This document shows, piece after piece, positions 16,175 to 22,223 of a DNA stretch of 25,215 nt. Source of the stretch: Planctomycetota bacterium (GTDB lineage: Bacteria > Planctomycetota > SZUA-567 > H5-PLA8). Position 1 is the stretch's first letter, and each line of letters begins with the position of its first letter. The notes beneath the pieces were generated by a model. The model was not told where the DNA came from, ran no database searches, and saw nothing but the letters and a program-made list of their open reading frames with translations. The position numbers were made by a program, and so were the translations under genes. Location: positions 1 through 25,215 of the forward strand of contig BTVV01000090.1 in assembly GCA_045863855.1 (NCBI GenBank), written 5' to 3'.

Positions 16175-16671
16175 TTCTTCGGCTGAGTATCCACCCCTCG
16201 CCAACAATCGGCCGTCCCCATGTTCGGTACTCCGTTCGACTTGATGTACAGGAACAACTGCATCTTATAGGCGGTCATGAAGCTGAGGCCGAACATCAGC
16301 AACGCCGGTCCCAATGCCATGGTGCGGCCGTCGGGCATGGTCGCCTGCCGGGTCTGGAAATCGTCCTCGCTTAGACCCGCAAACAGTTTGACCAGGCGGT
16401 CGTACTGCGCATCGATCTCCGCGCAGAAGGCATCGGCGGGCATCTCTTTGGTCCGCTGCATCTTCGGACCGATACCCTTCCAGTCCCCGCTAACCACCGT
16501 TTCGGGAATGGAGCCTAGGTTGTGCGGAAGATAGCGCAGCAGTTCGATTGTGCTGCGCTGGCCCTCGGTGGGCCGGTAATTCCACGTGCCTTCCGGAATC
16601 TTGCCGAACAGGTGCTGGCACACGTTCGCCTCGTGGCGCATGGCCGCAAGGTACTGCTCCTTGTTAATCAT
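16171..16671 (-). CDS. DinB/YfiT-like four-helix bundle protein (His triad degenerate)
   Basis: KIPEGTWNYRPTEGQRSTIELLRYL ... LSEDDF ... AYKMQLFLYIKSNG matches the DinB pattern. ATG at 16671 after AGGGGGG. Confidence 0.7.
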   Translation of the reverse strand: MINKEQYLAAMRHEANVCQHLFGKIPEGTWNYRPTEGQRSTIELLRYLPHNLGSIPETVVSGDWKGIGPKMQRTKEMPADAFCAEIDAQYDRLVKLFAGLSEDDFQTRQATMPDGRTMALGPALLMFGLSFMTAYKMQLFLYIKSNGVPNMGTADCWRGVDTQPKK

Positions 16672-16739
16672 CTGTTGCCCCCCTATAGAATGAGCGATTG
16701 GTCCAACATAGAGCGCGTCCAAAGGCGCGCAAGCGCGCG

Positions 16740-17636
16740 CTACTCCGCCGGAAGCGCCGGCGCTTCACGCACGCGCGGAAGTCGATCGGCAAACTGGACC
16801 AGCGCGACCATGCCCAGTACGCCCGCGAGTCCGAGCACCTGCCGTGCGGATAACGGTTCGGCATCCAGCCAGCCCCATATCAAGGCGCCGACCGGGATCA
16901 CGTACGTGGTCATGCCCGCGAACAGCGGTCCTCGGTCCTGAATCAGCTTATAGAACATGAACATGGCCGCGCCGGTACCGATTACACCCAGAAATCCCAA
17001 GCACAGCGCCGCGAATACGAAATCGGGCCCCAGACGCACACCCTCTTGGGGCAGGATGAATCCAGCGGGGGTCAGCACCGTGCCTGCCAGGCTCAGCGCC
17101 GCCAAGGAAAGCGCCAACGGAGGCACGCTCGCGAAGCGCCGTTTGAGAAAGGTATTCGTGAGCGCGTACGAAAGCGGAATGGTGATCGCCAGCAGAGCGT
17201 GCGCGAGCGGCATCGACCGGCTCAGACTGTCTGCAAAAATGAGTCCCATGAAGCCCAGGCCGCCGACCACGCCGGTCACTTGCCAGACGGTCGGATAAAT
17301 CCGCAGCATCGGAATCGAGACTACTATGGTCAGCAGCGGCACGAACGCCATCGTCATGCCAACGAAGCCGCTGCCGTGATGTGTCACGAGGTACGGTTGC
17401 AGCGCATAGGGCCAAGCGAATCCCACCGCTACGATGCCCAGGAGCGGCGGCCATTCCTTTCGCGTCAGGGGCCACGCATGCCCGCGCCAGCGCCACACCA
17501 GCGCCAGAATCACCGCTCCACTCAGGCAACGCCACCCGGCAATTCCAATCGGCCCGAACGCCAGCGCCGCCTTCTTCATCAGGAGAAAGCTGACGGACCA
17601 GATTAGGCAGATCAGCACGAAAAAGACGTAGGGCAT
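16740..17636 (-). CDS. EamA/DMT family transporter
   Basis: About 10 TM helices in two repeats; LIWSVSFLLMK, P..IAGWR, GTGAA...FYKLI...GP....TTY.IP..A..WG.L..E. Confidence 0.92.
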   Translation of the reverse strand: MPYVFFVLICLIWSVSFLLMKKAALAFGPIGIAGWRCLSGAVILALVWRWRGHAWPLTRKEWPPLLGIVAVGFAWPYALQPYLVTHHGSGFVGMTMAFVPLLTIVVSIPMLRIYPTVWQVTGVVGGLGFMGLIFADSLSRSMPLAHALLAITIPLSYALTNTFLKRRFASVPPLALSLAALSLAGTVLTPAGFILPQEGVRLGPDFVFAALCLGFLGVIGTGAAMFMFYKLIQDRGPLFAGMTTYVIPVGALIWGWLDAEPLSARQVLGLAGVLGMVALVQFADRLPRVREAPALPAE

Positions 17637-17666
17637 ATGCGCGGCGCCTGGGATGCGAATCGATGT

Positions 17667-18677
17667 TTACTGCGCCGTTGCCGATCGCAGGCGACTCTTC
17701 AAATGCTTCACGATCTTGGGCGCGTGCAGACGGCTGTTCTCGATGAAAATGGCATGCGTATCGCGCCCCGCCTGCAACGTTCCGGCGATATACAAGCCCG
17801 GCACGTTCGATTCGCAGGTGGCCGGATCGAACTCCGGAACCAGCGTCCGCGGATCGACGCGCACCCCGCAGCGACGCTCCAGGTCCACGTCGGTCAGGAA
17901 ACCAACCAGCGTGTAAACCGCGTCGCATGCCAGAAAGCGCTCTTCCCCGCCGCGTACCGGGCGAATGCGGATTCCGCGAGGCTTGTCCTCGAACGCGACC
18001 GGCACATGCTCGAAATAGGCGTTGATCGATCCTTCGCTCACCCGATTCTGAAAATCGGGCTTCACCCAAAATTTGACGCTCTGCTTGGGCTCGCTGCCAC
18101 GATGCACTACACTCACCCGGACATGGTTGCGGTACATCTCCAAAGCCGCTTCGCAGCCGCTGTTGCCGGCGCCGACAATCACCACATGCTCGCCGAAATG
18201 CCGGTACGGATCGCGGTAGTAGCCGTGCACCCAAGGCAATTCGGCGCCCGGTACTTCCAGGCAAATCGGATTGCTGAAGTAGCCGGTGGCCAGCGCCACC
18301 GCACGCGCGCGCCGCACCCGCGGCTGTCCGTCCTGAACGGTACGCAAGACGAATCCGTCGCCATCCGCGTGCGCATCGGTCACCTCTTCATGCAAGGCCA
18401 GAGGTAGCTTGTAATGCGCCGCCACCGAATGGAAATACGCCAGCGCATCCTGCCGCGTGGGCTTGTCGTGCGGAATGGACATCGGAATCCCGGCGATCTC
18501 CATCAGATCCCGTGTCGTGAAGAAGTTCATAAACGTGGGGAAATCGAGCAGCGCCTGGGTCAGCGCGCCTTTATCCACCAGCAGCACATCCAAATCATGC
18601 TGAACCGCTTCCGCGCCCAACGCGATGCCCGTCGGACCCGCGCCGACCACGATCAGATCGTGTACCCGCTCGCTCAT
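17667..18677 (-). CDS. ypdA: YpdA family (bacillithiol disulfide reductase-like) flavoprotein oxidoreductase
   Basis: GAGPTG, DKG, FPTFMNFFTT, KPTRQDALAYF, ATGYF, GAGNS, VKFWVKPDFQNR, ESNVPGLYIAG, IFIENSRLH; no CxxC. Confidence 0.85.
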   Translation of the reverse strand: MSERVHDLIVVGAGPTGIALGAEAVQHDLDVLLVDKGALTQALLDFPTFMNFFTTRDLMEIAGIPMSIPHDKPTRQDALAYFHSVAAHYKLPLALHEEVTDAHADGDGFVLRTVQDGQPRVRRARAVALATGYFSNPICLEVPGAELPWVHGYYRDPYRHFGEHVVIVGAGNSGCEAALEMYRNHVRVSVVHRGSEPKQSVKFWVKPDFQNRVSEGSINAYFEHVPVAFEDKPRGIRIRPVRGGEERFLACDAVYTLVGFLTDVDLERRCGVRVDPRTLVPEFDPATCESNVPGLYIAGTLQAGRDTHAIFIENSRLHAPKIVKHLKSRLRSATAQ

Positions 18678-18707
18678 ACCACCCTCGAACCAAAAGTGCC
18701 GCGCTTC

Positions 18708-18713
18708 ATTATA
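18708..18713 (-). promoter_or_regulatory. Consensus -10 box upstream of ypdA
   Basis: Minus strand TATAAT about 30 nt before the ATG, with no good -35. A TACAAT on the plus strand (18805-18810) may serve the divergent gene. Confidence 0.4.
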
Positions 18714-18839
18714 TGTACGCCACCCGGCCGCGCCTTCCCCGTTCGAGGCAATGCACGGAGTGCGTTATCGATCTGCCGCTAACGGCACGTGGCCGGATTT
18801 CGTCTACAATGATATGGATAGAAGTCCTGGAGCAAGCGG

Positions 18840-20636
18840 ATGCCGCGGCGCAGCCTATTCGTCATCGTGCTCTGGAGCGCCGCGCTTTACGCGAACTCCG
18901 CCGAGCCTGCTTTGCCCGAGTGGGCCGCCTATCTGCGCCGACCCGAAACCGATTTCGATCTCGCTCGCGCTGCGCTGCTAATCAGCCGCGAGGAATACCC
19001 AAAAACGCATCTTGAGGCCGCCACGGCCAAACTCGATGCTTGGGGAGAACGGCTACGCAAGGATCTCACCCAATCCGGTACCGTGCCGGGCAAGCTCGAT
19101 ACGCTTCGAACCCTCTTGTTCGACGCCGAAGGCTTTCAACTTCCCGAACGCGACGACGCCGCGGCATTCCTGCTCGGTGAGATCCTTGAGCGCAAGCGCG
19201 GCAACTGCTTGGGCTTGTCGGTGCTGTGTTTGGCCCTCGCCGACCGAGCAGGCCTCCCACTCCATGGCGTGCCGGTGCCTAACCGCCTCAGCGGACCCGG
19301 GCACTTGCTGGTGCGCTTTGACGACGGCACCACACGCATGAATTTCGATCCTACCGAACGCGGTGCCGCGCACTCGGATGCGCACTACACGGCGCTCTTC
19401 AAGCTCCGCGACGAGGATCTCAAGCGCGGTTACATCCTGAACAACGCAACGCCCAAGCAAATCGCCAATCTGCTGCTGGTGAACCTCGCCGCCGCGCGCA
19501 TCGAGGACAGCCGCGCGGCCCAGGCCCTCCCGCTACTCGAACAAGCCATGTGGCTTCAACCCGAATACGCGGCCGCGCACCAGAACTTGGGCATGGCCCG
19601 CCTGAAGCTCGGAGACACGCTCGGCGCGCAGGAGGCTTTCGAGCGGGCGCTCAAGCTTCAACCCGGCTTGACGGGTGCGCGCCTGGGCTTGGCCGAGGTG
19701 GCTTTGAACGCGAAGGATTCCACTCGCGCCTTGGAACTGATTCAAACGGCGCTGAATGAAGAGCCCGAACATCCGCAAGCGCTCGCTTTGCTTGCCAATT
19801 TGCATCTCGTCACGGCCGATTACCGGCAGGCGGTTTCCATACTCAAACGCCTTGTCGAAGCCGCACCCAAGGATGTCCACGCGCGCACGAATCTGGGCGC
19901 CGCCTACCGGCATGCCGGCGATTTTCCGAATGCCGAAGCGGCCTACCGCGCCGCTCTTGAAATCGATCCCAAGCTTGCCGACGCGCATTGCGGCCTCGCC
20001 GAAACGCTCCGCGCCGTCGGACAACTTGACGAGGCCGCTCGCGCTTATGCCCGGGCGCTCGAACTTGATCCCGACCATGCGCCCACACGCCTTTCGCAGG
20101 CGCAGCACGCACTAACTGCCGGGAACTGGACCGAGGCCGAGGTTGCCTTCCGCTCCGCACTCAAAGGAAAGCCCAACGATCCCGAAATCCTGCGCGGCTT
20201 GGTGGAGGTGCTGCTTCGGCAGGGCAAGCTCAAGGATGCCGATCTCACGGTCACCGAGGCGCTCAAGATCCAGCCCAAGCACATCGCGCTGGGGCTCCTG
20301 GCCGGCGAAGTGAAGTTGAAAGCCAATCAGCCGGCCGAGGCGTTGCGCATTTACGAGAAGCTCAGCCCACACGCGCCCGCCGAATGGGAGATTCCGATTC
20401 TGCAGCGTATCGCCATCGCCCAAGGCAAGCTGGGCCGCCACACCGAAGCGCTGAAACTCGCCAGAAAATTGCTCGAATCCGATGGCGACGACATCGTCGC
20501 GCTGCGCATCGCGGCCTCGGCGTGCGAAGGGCTACGCAACGGCCCGCAGGCCATCGCGATCTATCGTAAGCTGCTGGAGTTAAATCCGGAAGACACCGCT
20601 GCCAAACAAGCGCTGGCGCGATTGGGCGCGAAATAG
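18840..20636 (+). CDS. Exported transglutaminase-like (Transglut_core2/SirB1-type) domain plus TPR array protein
   Basis: Signal-peptide-like N-terminus; DLARAALLI..EEYP; RGNCLGLS (C123), PGHLLVR (H155), NFDP (D170); then roughly 10 or more TPRs (A..NLG...A...A...P). Confidence 0.85.
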   Translation: MPRRSLFVIVLWSAALYANSAEPALPEWAAYLRRPETDFDLARAALLISREEYPKTHLEAATAKLDAWGERLRKDLTQSGTVPGKLDTLRTLLFDAEGFQLPERDDAAAFLLGEILERKRGNCLGLSVLCLALADRAGLPLHGVPVPNRLSGPGHLLVRFDDGTTRMNFDPTERGAAHSDAHYTALFKLRDEDLKRGYILNNATPKQIANLLLVNLAAARIEDSRAAQALPLLEQAMWLQPEYAAAHQNLGMARLKLGDTLGAQEAFERALKLQPGLTGARLGLAEVALNAKDSTRALELIQTALNEEPEHPQALALLANLHLVTADYRQAVSILKRLVEAAPKDVHARTNLGAAYRHAGDFPNAEAAYRAALEIDPKLADAHCGLAETLRAVGQLDEAARAYARALELDPDHAPTRLSQAQHALTAGNWTEAEVAFRSALKGKPNDPEILRGLVEVLLRQGKLKDADLTVTEALKIQPKHIALGLLAGEVKLKANQPAEALRIYEKLSPHAPAEWEIPILQRIAIAQGKLGRHTEALKLARKLLESDGDDIVALRIAASACEGLRNGPQAIAIYRKLLELNPEDTAAKQALARLGAK

Positions 20637-20643
20637 AGGTTCT

Positions 20644-21063
20644 CTAGGGACGTAATTCGTGCAGCCGGAATTCGCAGTTCACTTGCTTAATGCCCGCTTC
20701 CTGGCAAAGCTGCAATACATCAGCCACCTTCCCGTACGGCGCTTCCTGATCGCCGCGCAGATAGACCCTAGGCTGATATTGCCTGCGCCCGGCATCCAGC
20801 ACGCGCTGTTTGATCTCTTCCCAAGGCAACTCCTGACCGCCCAAAGTGATACTGCCGTTCTTGCGCACGCTGACGATCAGCCGCGTACCCGCGGCTTCTC
20901 CCACGGGCGAGCCCTGCGTACCGCCCGGAAGATTCACGGCCAGATCCACCTCCTCTTCCGAAATCGTCGTCGCCAGCAAGAAAAAGATCAGCAGCAGGAA
21001 GACGATGTCGATCATCGGCGTCAGCGGTAGTTCGAAGTTATCTTCTTCGATCAACGCCTTCAT
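20644..21063 (-). CDS. exbD: ExbD/TolR biopolymer transport protein
   Basis: LTPMIDIVFLLLIFFLL (essential TM Asp), LRGDQEAPYGKVADVL..C..AGI; ATGA overlap with exbB. Confidence 0.93.
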   Translation of the reverse strand: MKALIEEDNFELPLTPMIDIVFLLLIFFLLATTISEEEVDLAVNLPGGTQGSPVGEAAGTRLIVSVRKNGSITLGGQELPWEEIKQRVLDAGRRQYQPRVYLRGDQEAPYGKVADVLQLCQEAGIKQVNCEFRLHELRP

Positions 21064-22139
21064 GGTGCACGCGGCTCCTGCCCGGCCGGCGGCTGAATCT
21101 GCTTCGGCGCCTGTGCGCCTTTCGTCTCGGGCACGTCCGTCAGCGCCTTGACATCCACTTGGGTGGCACCTTCTTCGTCGATGCCGTCCATTGCCGCGCG
21201 AATCTGGGATTCCGATAGCGCCGGAGCGTGTGCGGGCGTGGCGATGGACGTCTGTACGCCGCGTTCCTCGTCGGTCGACTCGAACTCGCCTTCCAGGTCG
21301 GGAGGCGGAGCCTCCTTGGGCGGAACCATATCCTTGGTTTCAAGATGCTCTTCCACGTCTTCAATTTGGCGAATGCTGCGGCGGGCTTTGCGATCCAGCG
21401 TCACGATCGCATCCAGCGCACGCTCTTCGATCTCGCGCACCAGATCGTCGGCCTTACCTTTCGCGTAGTGGTACATAAATAGGAGCGGAATGGCGACGAT
21501 CAACCCGAATGCGGTGGTTAACAGCGCTTCGGCGACACCGCTGGCCAGTACGGCGGCCTTGCCCGTACCGCCGTGCGCGGCCACTTGGTCGAAGGCGTTG
21601 ATCAGACCCAGCACCGTGCCCAGGAGCCCCATGAGTGGAGAAACGTTGCTCATGATCCCGATGACGCGACCGTTGCGACGCAAGTCGTACAGCAAGCGCG
21701 TGCCTTCGTCCTGAATCGCCATCTCCATTTCCTGGCGCGTGGTGCCGTACCGTAACAGTGCCGCGTACAGCACGCGGGAAAGCGACGACCGGCTCTCCGC
21801 GCAAGCCGCCAAGCCCGCGTCGACGCCGCGCGTATCCACGATGTGGACCAGGTCTTTGTCGAAGTCCTTCGGTGCGTGCTTGGGGCGGCGAAGCTCGATC
21901 GCGCGCTCAAAAAAGAAGGTCAGTCCCACGATCGAAGCGGCCAGGATGGCCCACATCACCTTGCCGCCGCGCAGGAAAATATCCCACAGCGTGTCGCCGT
22001 CGCCGAAGATCAGGCTCTTCGGTCCAGCTCCCGCCGCGGGTACGCTTTCCGCGGCCTGCGCCAAGGCGGCGTACCCCACCGCCACGAACAGCAGGGCCAG
22101 ACCCATCGACCAGAACCGGCGTTCATTCGGAACATTCAT
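21060..22139 (-). CDS. exbB: MotA/TolQ/ExbB proton channel protein with N-terminal signal and long acidic C-terminal tail
   Basis: GG.VMW.IL..S......FER, SPLMGLLGTVLGLINAF, LASGVAEALLTTAFGLIVAIP. Start could be the ATG at 22139 or the GTG at 22157. Confidence 0.92.
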   Translation of the reverse strand: MNVPNERRFWSMGLALLFVAVGYAALAQAAESVPAAGAGPKSLIFGDGDTLWDIFLRGGKVMWAILAASIVGLTFFFERAIELRRPKHAPKDFDKDLVHIVDTRGVDAGLAACAESRSSLSRVLYAALLRYGTTRQEMEMAIQDEGTRLLYDLRRNGRVIGIMSNVSPLMGLLGTVLGLINAFDQVAAHGGTGKAAVLASGVAEALLTTAFGLIVAIPLLFMYHYAKGKADDLVREIEERALDAIVTLDRKARRSIRQIEDVEEHLETKDMVPPKEAPPPDLEGEFESTDEERGVQTSIATPAHAPALSESQIRAAMDGIDEEGATQVDVKALTDVPETKGAQAPKQIQPPAGQEPRAP

Positions 22140-22223
22140 GCGTTCTGACTTTCCCACGATCGTTGAATCGAACTATTCTCGCCGCGCGCTCCGTTCGTGC
22201 CAAGCACGCTTTGCCGACGCGAT

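Noticed and set aside
16948..18264. 438-aa alternative-frame ORF spanning ypdA and EamA
   Set aside because: Arg/Gly/Ala-rich off-frame translation overlapping two clear genes. Both real genes are intact, so there is no sign of a frameshift fusion.
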